Notes: generated from the sequence alone by a model not told the origin. A DNA stretch of 64,000 bases from an uncultured delta proteobacterium (GCA_963803435.1 CAWDML010000001.1:3104001-3168000), one strand, 5' to 3'. Shown: positions 10,644 through 20,733, numbered from the stretch's first letter. A program made the numbers and translations.

Positions 10644-11150
10644 TTACTTCTCCTCCGGCATCGCGATGTCGCCCATCATCATGATCGGCTCCTCGGGCGG
10701 GTGGGCCGGCTCGACGATCGTCGGCTCGCCCATCATGGTGGTGGGTGCGGAAGGCGTGGGCGGAGGCGGTGCGACGCTCGCGCCGCCCCAGGACGCGGAC
10801 AGGAGCGCGGTGCCGGCGGACAGCCACAGCGCGGCGAGGGCGGCGCCGGCGGAGACCGCGCGGCGGCGGCGGGCGCGGGCCAGCTGGGCGAGGCCGACGG
10901 GGCAGTCGGCGGTGAGGACGGTGCCGTCGCGGCGCGCGTAGAGGCGGCCACAGAACTTGCCTTCGGTGGCCTCGATCAGGTCGACCAGCTCGTCGGGGCT
11001 GAGGAGCGGGAGGTTGTAGACGTGTTTCTCACACCGGCCGCAGAAGCGCTTCCGGTCGTCGCCGGTCATGGCCTCCCAGGAGGCGTCGCAGGGGGAGGCG
11101 ATCCGGAGGGTGTCGACGATGGGGAGGGTCGGGGCCATGAGGCTCTTCAA
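10644..11150 (-). CDS. Cys-motif membrane protein (C-x3-W-x2-M-x-G-D-D-R-x-R-F-C-x2-C family)
   Basis: SPCDASWEAMTGDDRKRFCGRCEKHVYNL...FCGRLYARRDGTVLTADCP, then a TM segment and a Pro/Met-rich tail. Likely start ATG 11138. Confidence 0.75.
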   Translation of the reverse strand: MKSLMAPTLPIVDTLRIASPCDASWEAMTGDDRKRFCGRCEKHVYNLPLLSPDELVDLIEATEGKFCGRLYARRDGTVLTADCPVGLAQLARARRRRAVSAGAALAALWLSAGTALLSASWGGASVAPPPPTPSAPTTMMGEPTIVEPAHPPEEPIMMMGDIAMPEEK

Positions 11151-11257
11151 CGGGCGACGCGGCGGGAGGATTCTATGACAGAACGTCTGCGTGCCGGACG
11201 ATTTGACAACCGCACGGCCGCGGAAACATCGACGGCCGGGACCGGGTTCGCTCCGTG

Positions 11258-11842
11258 ATGCGACGGCTGCTCCTCCTCCTGACCCTCTTCGAGCTCGGCT
11301 GCGGTGCGTCGACGCACGGGGTCGAGATCCGGCTGGCCCACGGGAGCGCCGGCGAGGCGAGCACGGCGCGCCAGCTCGAGGGGCTGATCTCGAAGTACGA
11401 CCTCGAGCCCTGGCGCTTCACCAGCGTCGTGATCATCGATGAGGAGAGCATTCCTCACAGCCATCCGGTGCTGACGCTCCACACGCGTCACGCGAAGGAC
11501 GATCTGCTGCTGCTCTCCACTTACGTGCACGAGCAGAGTCACTGGTACCTGGAGCAGAACCGGGAGAAGACGGCGAGCGCGGTCGCGGATCTGAAAGCGA
11601 TGTTCCCCGAGCTGCCGGTGGGCTATCCCGAGGGCGCGAACGATCTCGAGAGCTCGTACGAGCACCTGTTGGTGATCGCGCTGGAGCGCTTCGGCCTGAT
11701 CCGGACGGTCGGCGAGCTGGCCGCGCTGGAGGCGATGCAGTTCTGGACCACCGACCACTACCGCGCGCTCTACCGGATCGTGCTCGCCGATCCGCGGAAG
11801 ATCTGGGAGGTGCTCGAGCACCACGGGCTCGCGCCTCGGTGA
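11258..11842 (+). CDS. Putative lipoprotein with HExxH zincin-like motif
   Basis: MRRLLLLLTLFELGC lipoprotein-type signal; YVHEQSHWYL motif. Confidence 0.7.
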   Translation: MRRLLLLLTLFELGCGASTHGVEIRLAHGSAGEASTARQLEGLISKYDLEPWRFTSVVIIDEESIPHSHPVLTLHTRHAKDDLLLLSTYVHEQSHWYLEQNREKTASAVADLKAMFPELPVGYPEGANDLESSYEHLLVIALERFGLIRTVGELAALEAMQFWTTDHYRALYRIVLADPRKIWEVLEHHGLAPR

Positions 11843-11843
11843 C

Positions 11844-13190
11844 TCAGGGCTCGACGACGACGTACATCCCGAACAGGCACATCTCGTTGTTGCTCCCCAG
11901 CCCCGGGTAGACCGGCTCTGTCTCGCCGGAGGTGTCGAAGTGGCACGTCACGTCGAGCTTGGCGCCGTCGTCGATGAGGATCGGATCGCGATAGAAGTAG
12001 AAGCGCTGCCAGTCGAAGTCCCAGCGGAAGACATCGGCGAGGCAGGTGGAGGGCGCGCCCTCCTGTTCGAACGACACCTGCATCCCGCGCCCATGCCCGT
12101 GCATGTGAGGGAACGCGCCCTGGAGGAAGACGCGCGCGTTCGGCGAGCCGACGGCGGCCCTCAGCTGCGACAAGAGGTCGGCGGCCGGGACGCTGAAAGC
12201 GAACGGTACCTCCGGCATCCCCGGAGGCAGCATCGCCGGGTTGGGCCCGAACGCGGTGGCCAGGAACTCGTCGGGCAGTGCCATGAAGCCGGGCCTCTCC
12301 ACCTGGTCGGTCAGGCCGAGGTGGACGCGCGTCTGATCCGTCTCGTCGCCACCATGAAGGTGATAGTGGACCTGCAACACCAGGAGATGGGTCTTCTGGA
12401 GCAAGAGCCCGGTGCCCTCGGGATAGCGCGTCACGCCCGTCCCCGGCGCCCACGCTGCAGAGAGACCGGTCGGGACCACACCGTCGCCCGCGGCTCCGAA
12501 GCAGCTCCAGCCCGGACGGCTCGTGTCGGCGCGAAGAAGTTCGATCACCTGGCCGTTCGAGATCGGCCGACCCTCGCCGTCGACACCGACGGTGAGGTCC
12601 GGGTCGACGTCGTAGATGATCACGTGGTGCACCTGCTGCGGATCTCCCGGCTGGACCTCGAACGCGGTGATGAATCGATCGCGATCGAGCGCGGTCTCCA
12701 GGAGGAAGCAGCGGTAGTCGTCCTCCGGGTACTGCTCGGTGCCGGCAGGCCGGTACGGCTCCGCCATCTCCAGCTCGAGCCGATCGGCGCCCACCGAGTC
12801 CTCCGCCTCCGTGGCGCGCGCGGAGACGTCCGCGCCCATCGCCATCCCGTCCTCGACCCAGTCCTCGATCGTCCCGATCTCGGCGTCGGACAGCCAGCGC
12901 GAGGCCTGGAAGCTCTGGCAGCTCCCATCGTCGGTGACCTGCCAGGGCGGCATCACCCGCTCGCGCACGGCCGCGGCAGACGCCGGCCCCATCAGGCGGG
13001 CGATCTCGTAGCCCTCCAAGGAGAAGGGCGCGATCCCGCCGTCCCGGTGGCAGGCCACACATCGATCCCGATAGAGCGGGGCGACGTCCTGGGCCCAGGT
13101 CGCCCGCGGCGCGGGGTCCACAGGCTTGGGAGCCCCGCTGCATCCCGGCGATAGGAGCAAGAGGAGGGCAATCTTGGTCGAGGTGTTCAT
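11844..13190 (-). CDS. Lipoprotein: heme c (CxxCH) domain plus copper type II ascorbate-dependent monooxygenase (PHM/DBH-like)
   Basis: LLLLLSPGC lipobox, CVACH, MPPW, DDYRCF, VHHVII (CuH), QVHY, PHMH and NEMC (CuM). Confidence 0.88.
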   Translation of the reverse strand: MNTSTKIALLLLLSPGCSGAPKPVDPAPRATWAQDVAPLYRDRCVACHRDGGIAPFSLEGYEIARLMGPASAAAVRERVMPPWQVTDDGSCQSFQASRWLSDAEIGTIEDWVEDGMAMGADVSARATEAEDSVGADRLELEMAEPYRPAGTEQYPEDDYRCFLLETALDRDRFITAFEVQPGDPQQVHHVIIYDVDPDLTVGVDGEGRPISNGQVIELLRADTSRPGWSCFGAAGDGVVPTGLSAAWAPGTGVTRYPEGTGLLLQKTHLLVLQVHYHLHGGDETDQTRVHLGLTDQVERPGFMALPDEFLATAFGPNPAMLPPGMPEVPFAFSVPAADLLSQLRAAVGSPNARVFLQGAFPHMHGHGRGMQVSFEQEGAPSTCLADVFRWDFDWQRFYFYRDPILIDDGAKLDVTCHFDTSGETEPVYPGLGSNNEMCLFGMYVVVEP

Positions 13191-13203
13191 TCAGCCGGCA
13201 CGA

Positions 13204-13231
13204 GACACCGGCCGGGGGTACGCCCGTCACC
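13204..13231 (-). promoter_or_regulatory. Putative ECF sigma promoter GGTGAC-N16-GGTGTC driving the monooxygenase gene
   Basis: Same consensus and spacing as the divergent copy at 13265-13292; ends 14 bp upstream of ATG 13190. Confidence 0.6.
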
Positions 13232-13264
13232 AGATCGCCGTCACATCCCAAAAGACGAAGGGCC

Positions 13265-13292
13265 GGTAACACCATTCGACCGCTCTGGTGTC
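13265..13292 (+). promoter_or_regulatory. Putative autoregulatory ECF promoter GGTAAC-N16-GGTGTC
   Basis: AAC-type -35 and GTC-type -10 with a 16-bp spacer, 30 bp upstream of the ECF sigma gene. Confidence 0.62.
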
Positions 13293-13322
13293 GCAGAGGA
13301 CTGTCGATGGAGATCGCAGGGG

Positions 13323-13803
13323 GTGAAGGTGGATGTCGACGCGTGCTACCGGCGATACGGGCCGATGGTCTTGCGGCGATGCCGGAGGCTCCTCCACGAC
13401 GAACAGAAGGCGCTCGACGCCATGCACGACGTGTTCGTCCAGCTACTCCGCTATCAGGCGTACGGCGAGGTGCAGTCGACGTCCTCGCTGCTCTATCGGA
13501 TCGCCACCAACGTTTGCCTCAATCGGATCCGCAGCGAGCGCCGGCACCCGGAGGATTCGGAACGACGACCTGCTCGGTCGCATCGCGGCGGCGGAGGATC
13601 CGGGCGAGCGCTCGAGCGCGCGCCGGCTCCTCGAACGCATCTTCCGTGGCCACGTCGAGTCGACGCGGACCATCGCCGTGCTTCATTGGGTGGACGGGAT
13701 GACGCTCGAGGAGGTCGCGCGTGAGGTCGGCCTCTCCGTCTCCGGTGTTCGAAAGCGCCTGCGCACGCTTCGCGAGTCCGTGGCCGGGCTCGAAGGAGTT
13801 TGA
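13323..13803 (+). CDS. ECF RNA polymerase sigma-70 factor (one +1 frameshift at ~13556, probably sequencing error)
   Basis: Region 2 (YRRYGPMVLRRC...ALDAMHDVF...LLYRIATNVCLN) and region 4 (DGMTLEEVAREVGLSVSGVRKRL) lie in different frames and join if GATTC is read as GATC. Confidence 0.88.
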
Positions 13804-13804
13804 G

Positions 13805-14500
13805 ATGAGCGATCTGAAGCTCGAGCGCATGCTCCTCGGCGAGATCCCTCCCGAGGAGACCGATCAGGTCCGTCTCGACGCGCTCCGCCGAGAGAACCAG
13901 GAGATCCTCGAGGCCCATCCACCGGCGCAGGTGGTGGCGGAGATCGAACGGCGCCGCCGGCGGGCGGAGAAGCGTCGGGGTCTCCGGATCGCGGCCCCTG
14001 CGCTGGCGGCGGCGATGGCGGCGGCCCTGATCGTGCTGGCGCTTCCCCCGCAGGAGACCGAGCGTCCGAAGGGTGCCGTGCCCTACCTGGTGATCGATCG
14101 GCGCGCGGGTGACCACGCCGATCGGCTGACCTCCGGCGCAACGGTCGAGAGCGGCGATCTGCTCCAGATCAGCTACGTCGCGCTGGGCAGGCCGTACGGT
14201 GTGATCTTCTCGATCGACGGACGTGGTGTGGTGACGCTCCATCATCCCAGCTCCCCGAAGGGGCCGGCCTCGCTGGAGTCGCCCGACCACCCGGTGCCGC
14301 TGCCGACCGCCTACGAGCTCGATGACGCCCCCTCCTTCGAGCGGTTCTTCTTCGTGGCTTCGCCGGCCGCCCTCGACGTCGACCGCGTGCTCGAGACCGC
14401 TCGGGCCTTCGCCGCGGATTGAGAGAACGTCGAGCGCGGCGACCTCGAGCTCTCCGGCGTGGAGGTGAGCTCCGTGCTCCTGGAAAAGGGTGCCCCATGA
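13805..14500 (+). CDS. Putative anti-sigma factor with TM helix and DUF4384-like extracytoplasmic domain (internal TGA at 14420-14422)
   Basis: SDLKLERMLLGE anti-sigma-like N-terminus, TM helix, 'RPKG' motif, GDLLQISY...IFSIDGRGVVTLHHP...AYELDDAPSFERFFFV. The frame continues past the TGA to a stop overlapping the next ATG (ATGA). Confidence 0.78.
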
Positions 14501-16377
14501 AGACTGCCGCTCTCGCCCTCGCGCTGCTCCTCACCGCTTCGTCCGCGAACGGGGCCGCCCCCGAGCGCACGGCGATCCGCCGATTCGCGCTGATCGTCGG
14601 GATGAACGACGGCGGCAAGAAGCGCGTCGAGCTCCGCTACGCCACCGACGACGCGCGGAGGATGGCGAGCGTGCTCGAGGATCTCGGCGGCCTCTCCGAC
14701 GCCGATCGCACCGTACTGCTCTCCGCGGACCGCGCGCAGCTCACGTCTGCGCTGGAGCTGATGCGCGCCCGGATCGCCGCCGCCAAGCGGCCCGGCACGC
14801 TCCGCCAGCTCATCTTCTACTACTCCGGACACTCGGACGGTGAAGGCCTCCTCCTCGGCAACGAGCATGTGAAGTATGGCGACCTCCGGAAGATGCTCCA
14901 GGACGTAGGCGCGGACATCCAGATCGCCATCCTCGACTCGTGCGCGTCGGGTGCGCTGGTCCGAAGCAAGGGAGGTCGGACCCGCCCGCCCTTCTTGCTC
15001 GACGAGTCGAACAAGGTGCGCGGCCACGTCTTCCTCACCTCGAGCTCGGAGAACGAGGTGGCGCAGGAGTCCGATCGGATCGGCGGTTCGTTCTTCACCC
15101 ACTACCTGATCTCCGGCCTGCGGGGCGCCGCCGACACCTCCCACGACGGAAAGGTCACGCTCAGCGAGGCCTACCAGTTCGCGTTCGACGAGACGCTCAA
15201 GCGCACCGAGCAGACGACCGGGGGGGCGCAGCACGCCTCCTACGACATGCAGCTGGCCGGCAGCGGCGATCTGGTCATCACCGATCTGCGTGAGAGCGCC
15301 GCGCGCCTGACCTTCGGCGCCGACCTCGACGGGCGGTTCTACGTGCGTGACACCTCCGGGCGCCTGGTCGCCGAGCTGTACAAGGCGCGCGGGCGCCCCG
15401 CCGAGCTGGGGCTCGAGCCTGGCCGGTATCAGATCACGCAGGAGGTCGAGGGCGCGCTCCGCGTGGCGACGATCGTGGTCGAGCGAGGCGAGACCCCCTC
15501 CCTGGCCGAGCTCACTCCGGTCGAAGGTGAGCAGGCGATCGCGCGCGGGGATTCGGACGAGGAGGCGCCGTACTATCCAATCGGCGTCTCGCTGATCCCG
15601 CAGCTGAGCACCTCCTTCTCCCGGCGGATCACGACGAACTTCGCGCTCGACGTCCTCTGGGGTGCGTACGCGAACGTCCGCGGCGCCCAGATCTCGTCGC
15701 TGGTCGGCCAAGTCGACAAGGACCTCCACGGCGTCCAGATCGCTGGCATCGTCGGAATCACCGGGGACACGGTCGTGGGCGCGCAGATCTCGGGCGTGGT
15801 CAACTGGGCCGGCACCGTCGAGGGCGCGCAGATCGGGGTGGTCAACGTGGCGGGCGACGGACGCGGCGTCCAGATCGGAGTGGTCAACGTCGCCGAGCAC
15901 TTCGAGGGCCTGCGCCTGGGCCTGTTCAACATCTCGAAGGACACGATCTACCGGCCGTCGGCCTGGACCGGCGAGACGAGCCCGCTCGAGGTGGGGTTCA
16001 AGATGCAGGACGGGTCGGTCTACACGCTGGTCACCGCCGGCGCCCGCTCGTTCACCTCGGCGGGCCCCTGGACCTTCGGCTACGGGCTCGGCGGCGAGAT
16101 CGCGTTCGGTCGCTTCTTCGTCGACATCGACGCCACCGCGATGAGCGTGCATTTGAACCATGGCTTCGCCAACGCGAAGCTGCTGCCGGTGCGGCTCCGC
16201 GTAACCGCGGGCGTGCGGATCCTGCCGCGGATCGCGATCTTCGGCGGAGTGGCGGGCACGGTCGCCATCGACTTCGATCAGCCGGCCGGGCTCGACCTGT
16301 ATGCGCCCAAGTGGGCGAAGCGGGTCTCGAACGACATCGCGATCTGGCCGGGGTTCGTGCTCGGGCTCGAGATCTGA
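14497..16377 (+). CDS. Secreted caspase-family (peptidase C14) protein with C-terminal GxQ repeats and a putative OM beta-barrel-like tail
   Basis: Signal peptide; RRFALIVG.N, LRYATDDA, FYYSGH (His), ILDSCASG (Cys), AQESDRIGGSFFTHYL, GAADTSHDGKVTLSEAY; repeats GAQI/GVQI; ends FVLGLEI. Confidence 0.9.
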   Translation: MKTAALALALLLTASSANGAAPERTAIRRFALIVGMNDGGKKRVELRYATDDARRMASVLEDLGGLSDADRTVLLSADRAQLTSALELMRARIAAAKRPGTLRQLIFYYSGHSDGEGLLLGNEHVKYGDLRKMLQDVGADIQIAILDSCASGALVRSKGGRTRPPFLLDESNKVRGHVFLTSSSENEVAQESDRIGGSFFTHYLISGLRGAADTSHDGKVTLSEAYQFAFDETLKRTEQTTGGAQHASYDMQLAGSGDLVITDLRESAARLTFGADLDGRFYVRDTSGRLVAELYKARGRPAELGLEPGRYQITQEVEGALRVATIVVERGETPSLAELTPVEGEQAIARGDSDEEAPYYPIGVSLIPQLSTSFSRRITTNFALDVLWGAYANVRGAQISSLVGQVDKDLHGVQIAGIVGITGDTVVGAQISGVVNWAGTVEGAQIGVVNVAGDGRGVQIGVVNVAEHFEGLRLGLFNISKDTIYRPSAWTGETSPLEVGFKMQDGSVYTLVTAGARSFTSAGPWTFGYGLGGEIAFGRFFVDIDATAMSVHLNHGFANAKLLPVRLRVTAGVRILPRIAIFGGVAGTVAIDFDQPAGLDLYAPKWAKRVSNDIAIWPGFVLGLEI

Positions 16378-16384
16378 GGCGCGC

Positions 16385-18599
16385 TCACTCTTCGGGGCGC
16401 GTCTTCGCGAGCATCGTGGTCTCGATGAGCTCGCGAAGGTTGCGATCCAGGTGGAGGAACTGCTGCTCCATGAGCAGGTTGTGGTGGACCGCCTCGTAGA
16501 AGAGGCCGGGGTGCTCCTCTCGGACCTCCTCCAGCGAGAAGTCCTGGACGAAGTCCTCCGCGGAGTAGCGGGAGCCGAGGGCGAGCTCGATCTTGGAGGG
16601 CGCCTTCACCTGCTCGAGTAGAAGAATGTCGGCGATGTGCCGGAGGAAACCCACGAGGTCGAGGGGGCCCTCCTCGTCGAGGTTGTTGTCCTCGCGGATG
16701 ATGGCGAGCATGTCGATCAGCTCTTCCCAGTGCGTGTGGAGGATGCAGACCGCGGACGAGATGATCGTGTTGCGGACGCGCAGCTTGACCTGGGGTCCGG
16801 TGGGCGTGTCGTTGATCGCGACCGGATACTCCTGACCGTCGATCTCGAGGCGGGCGATGAAGCTGGAGCGGCGTTCGAGGACGGAGACCAGCCGGCGGCG
16901 GCGCGGGAGCGTCAGGATGAACTGGGCCCCCTCGACGATGTCCTCGTTGAGGATGGGCTCGCCCTCCCGGGTCTCGAGGAAATCGGAGATGTCGACGGCG
17001 TCGTTCACGCGGAGGTTCTCGTCGGCGGAGAGCTCTTCGTAGCAGCGCTGAGCGGAGTTACGGATCCGCACCGGGAGCGAGATGGCGGTCTCGTCGGGGG
17101 CCAGGTTCTTGAGGAAGCTGCCGACGATGCCGCCGTCGTCCTCGCGTCGCCAGCCGACGGCCTTCTGGATCCGCTCCAGACCGGCGCGGAGACGCGTGAC
17201 GCCAGCGCTGTTGATGTCGCCCCAGGCGAAGAAGAAGCGCTGATCCTCGATGGCCACGCCGTAGAACTCATCGCCGAACGCGAAGCCGCCGACGAAGTCG
17301 TTCTCTCCCTCCGGAGCCGTCTCGCGGCTGAGGAACCGGTCGAGGAGACGCTCGCACGCGATGCGCATCGCGGTGGTGCCCTGCCAGAAGTTCTCGCGGG
17401 CGATCGCCTTGTGGATCAGGGCGCCGACGTCGCCCTCGACCGCCATGCCCTCGAGATCGGCCGGGGAGAGCTCGTGGAGATAGTCCTCGAGCTCCGACAT
17501 GACCTCGGCCGGCCCGTCATCCATCTCGGAGGCGAGCTGCGCCGAGATCGTCGCGCGAGGAGCGGACCCACTGATAGACCGTGGTGCGGTAGTCGCTCTT
17601 GGCCTCGTGGATCGAGGTGTGGCCGCGGAGCTGCCCGAGCTTGGCGGCGCGGTAGGCGTCGTCGTTGAGCCGCTGCGCGAGGGCCTCGTAGTCGGAGTCC
17701 CGCTCGGAGGGACGGGCCTTGGCGATGCCGATGTAGAAGTGCACCTCGTTCGGGTGCGTGCGCCCTTCCTTGCCCCAGACGCGATCCACGATCCACTTCC
17801 GTGTCTCGGCGGACGTGATCTTCGTGATCAGCTCGCGAACCTCGCGCGCGGAACGATCGACCGCCACCAGCCGGTAGGACTTGCCGGCCTTGTGAAAGAC
17901 GTGGAGCTTCGGCTCGCTCTCGAGCACGTCGGCGAGCCGCTCGCCGAGCGCGCGCACGAAGGCGGCAGCGACGCGATGACCGTGTCGGATCGCGAAGCGC
18001 TTGAAGGCCTGGTACTCGATCGCGACCACCGCCAAGCTCTCGATCTGGTCGTAGGTATAGGCGGCGGCCTCGTCGAGGAGGAGATTGCGGTACGCCTGGA
18101 GGCCGCGCACCGGGATCCCTGGCTGCTCCGACGAGGCGGCCAGCCGGTAGGCCGAGCGCACCTCGCTCTCGCCCTCGGGGGCGGTGGCAGCCTCCATCTC
18201 CTGGGTGATGCTGGCGACCACCAGGAGCAGCTCGCGCTCCGTCGGGCGGCGCCGGCGACCGCCCGCGACCACGTACCACCCGTCGTGATCCTCGCGCTGC
18301 TCGAAGGTGAGCCGGCGTCCGTGCGGCGTCAGCCCGGTGATCATCAGCGTCTTGTCGCGGCGCGAGAACCTCACCAGCTGGAGCGTCTCGCCCAGCTGCA
18401 CCGGCTGCGACGGAACCACGAGCGTGCTGTCGAAGCGGTCCGCAGGGCCGATGTACGAGAGGTCGCGCGTGAGCTCGCCCTCGGGGTGCATGGGCGGGAG
18501 GGGCTCGATCGTCTCGGAGAGCGGAAGGTCGCCGGTGTCGGTAACGTCGGTCTTGCCATCGTCCATCTCGTCGAATGGGGGGTCGTGATCGCCGCTCAT
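16385..18599 (-). CDS. Large hypothetical protein with a degenerate GGDEF-like domain (one frameshift at ~17543)
   Basis: ORFs 18599-17517 and 17524-16385 join (DDLAQLASEMDDGPAE) if one G is removed. AVVAIEYQAFKRF..RHGH, AGKSY at the GGDEF position, and DAYRAAK. Confidence 0.65.
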
Positions 18600-20185
18600 A
18601 CATCCGCCTTGGCAGGGATGTGGCTCATCGCGTGCTCCGCGATGGCCGTGATGGTGAGGCTCGGATTCACGCCCAGGTTCGCCGGGATCATCAATCCGTC
18701 GATCACGTAGAGACCTGGGTGTCCGAACACCTGGTTGCGATCGTCGACCACACCTTCCTCTCGCGTGGTCGCCATGTTGCAGCCACCGAGGATGTGTGCG
18801 GTGGTCGGGACGTCGAGCGTGACCTCGTTGATCGCGCTGGACGCGTAGCCGTTCTGAAGCTGCGCGACCACCCGCGCGAAGTCGTTCGCGCCCTTGATGT
18901 ACGTGGGGATGCGGGCCTGGCCTTCGGTGCGGTACGAGTTCAGCGTCTTCTTGAAGGGCGAGAACCAGCGCCGCTCCGTCTTGAGATTGATGCTGTTCTC
19001 CTCGGTCTGCATCACCAGCAGGATGAGGGTACGCTTGGCCCATCCGAAGGGTACCAGGCTGCGGGTGAAGTCGATCGGGTGACGGGCGACCTCGCCGATC
19101 CAGCGGAGAAATCGCGGGAGCTTTCCGCCGCCGTCGGTGAGGAGCGTGCCGAGGGCGCTGAGCGCGTCGGAGCCCTCGCTGTAGCGGACGGCCTCGATGT
19201 GCGTGCCGTCGGACAGGTGGACGCCCGACCCGATCGCGATCCCCTCGGAGTACGACACGTCGCTCTGTCGCGCGGTCGAGCCGATGATCGCCTCGCTGTT
19301 GGTCCGCACGTAGCGCCCGAGCCGTGGCGACACGTTCTCGAGCGACCCACGCTCGCGGCAGGTCATCAGCAGCTTGACCGTGCCGAGGACCCCGGCCGCG
19401 ACGATCACGTTCTTCGCGCGATAGGTCTTTCTGCCCTTCGCCAGGAGCGAGGTCGAACGTCGCGTGTCGACCTCGTACCCACCCTCGATCGGGCGGATCA
19501 GCTCGACCAAGGTCTCGGGGAAGATCTCGGCGCCGTGCTTCTCGGCGAACCAGAGGTAGTTCTTGTCGAGCGTGTTCTTGGCGTTGAAGCGGCAACCGAC
19601 CATGCAGCCCCCGCAGAACACGCACCCGGTCCGGTCGGGACCCTCTCCTCCAAAGTAGGGGTCGCTGACGGTCTTGCCCGGCTCACCGAAGTAGACGCCG
19701 ACGTGCGTGCGCTCGAAGGTGTGGCCCTGTCCAATCTTCTCGGCGGCCTTCTTGAGCAGGACGTCCGCCGGGAAGTCGTGGGGAGGCGTGGTCACTCCCA
19801 GCATGCGCTGAGCCGTCTCGTAGTGGGCGGCGAGCGCTTGCTTCCAGTCCGTCCCGGCCGGCCACTGTCCGCGCGTGAACGCCTCGTCGGGCGGCACCAA
19901 GAGGGTGTTGGCGTAGACGAGGCTCCCGCCGCCCACGCCCGCGCCGCCCAGGATCAGGACGTCCTTCAGGAGTGTCATCCGGAAGATGCCGTGGCAGAGG
20001 GCTTCCGGGAACCAGAGGAACTTTCTTATCGACCAGTTGGTCCGGGGGAAGTCGTGGGCCGTCCAGCGCTTGCCCGCCTCCAGCACGCCGACCGTGTAGC
20101 CCTTCTCCGCCAGACGCATGGCGGAGACGGCGCCTCCAAACCCGGAGCCGATGATCAGCCAATCGAGCTCTCGATCAACACGCAC
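18596..20185 (-). CDS. choD: GMC oxidoreductase, cholesterol oxidase ChoD-like
   Basis: IIGSGFGG FAD motif, GAGVGGGSLVYANTL, CVFCGGCMVGC, KNTLDKNYL, TAHILGG, NLGVNPSLTITAIAE. Confidence 0.88.
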   Translation of the reverse strand: MRVDRELDWLIIGSGFGGAVSAMRLAEKGYTVGVLEAGKRWTAHDFPRTNWSIRKFLWFPEALCHGIFRMTLLKDVLILGGAGVGGGSLVYANTLLVPPDEAFTRGQWPAGTDWKQALAAHYETAQRMLGVTTPPHDFPADVLLKKAAEKIGQGHTFERTHVGVYFGEPGKTVSDPYFGGEGPDRTGCVFCGGCMVGCRFNAKNTLDKNYLWFAEKHGAEIFPETLVELIRPIEGGYEVDTRRSTSLLAKGRKTYRAKNVIVAAGVLGTVKLLMTCRERGSLENVSPRLGRYVRTNSEAIIGSTARQSDVSYSEGIAIGSGVHLSDGTHIEAVRYSEGSDALSALGTLLTDGGGKLPRFLRWIGEVARHPIDFTRSLVPFGWAKRTLILLVMQTEENSINLKTERRWFSPFKKTLNSYRTEGQARIPTYIKGANDFARVVAQLQNGYASSAINEVTLDVPTTAHILGGCNMATTREEGVVDDRNQVFGHPGLYVIDGLMIPANLGVNPSLTITAIAEHAMSHIPAKADV

Positions 20186-20733
20186 GTCGTCTCATGATGA
20201 ACCACGCCGCGACCAGGGCGAGCAAGTACCCTGATCCGCGACCGTTCTGCGCTGTGGCGCACGTGCAGCCCTTCTTCTTCTCGGACTCCGTCCCGGCGTC
20301 CGGCGTGGTCCCGGTGTCGGGCACGCCGGCGTCCACCAGCTCGTCGTTGATGCAGATGCCGACCAGCCCGCAGCTCGCACCCGGCTGACAGACGAGCGAG
20401 TCGTCGTCGCAGATGATGCCGCCGGGAACCAGGCAATGGTCGCCCTCGCAGGTGCCCTCGAAGCTGGTGCAGTCGACGATCCAAGGCCGGCCGTAGCTGC
20501 AGTCGTAGATGAGCTGGTCGCCGCGACACGTGCGGATGTCGGCGTCGACGCAGGCGCCTGCGTTGGGATCGCAGACCGCCTCCTCGAACGTCTCCACGCA
20601 CCCGGGCGCGGTTCCCTGGCAGAACGCGAACTCGTACTCGCCGTTACCCACGTCGAACACGCAGGCCTCGCCGGTCCCCAGCGCGCAGTCGACGCCGTAC
20701 GCCGGATCGAATCTCCTCGCAGATGGCCGTCGG
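20175..20733 (-). pseudogene. Cys-rich MYXO-CTERM surface protein, 5' part missing or disrupted
   Basis: Ends KKKGCTCATAQNGRGSGYLLALVAAWFIMRRRAC. It extends upstream (TAICEEIDPAYGVDC) through a GAATC frameshift at 20709, then hits a TGA. No signal peptide found. Confidence 0.6.

Noticed and set aside
14420-14422. Selenocysteine or programmed readthrough at the in-frame TGA
   Set aside because: Not a Cys/redox position, and it sits in GATT-GA, matching the GATC error pattern (GAT CGA = Asp-Arg).
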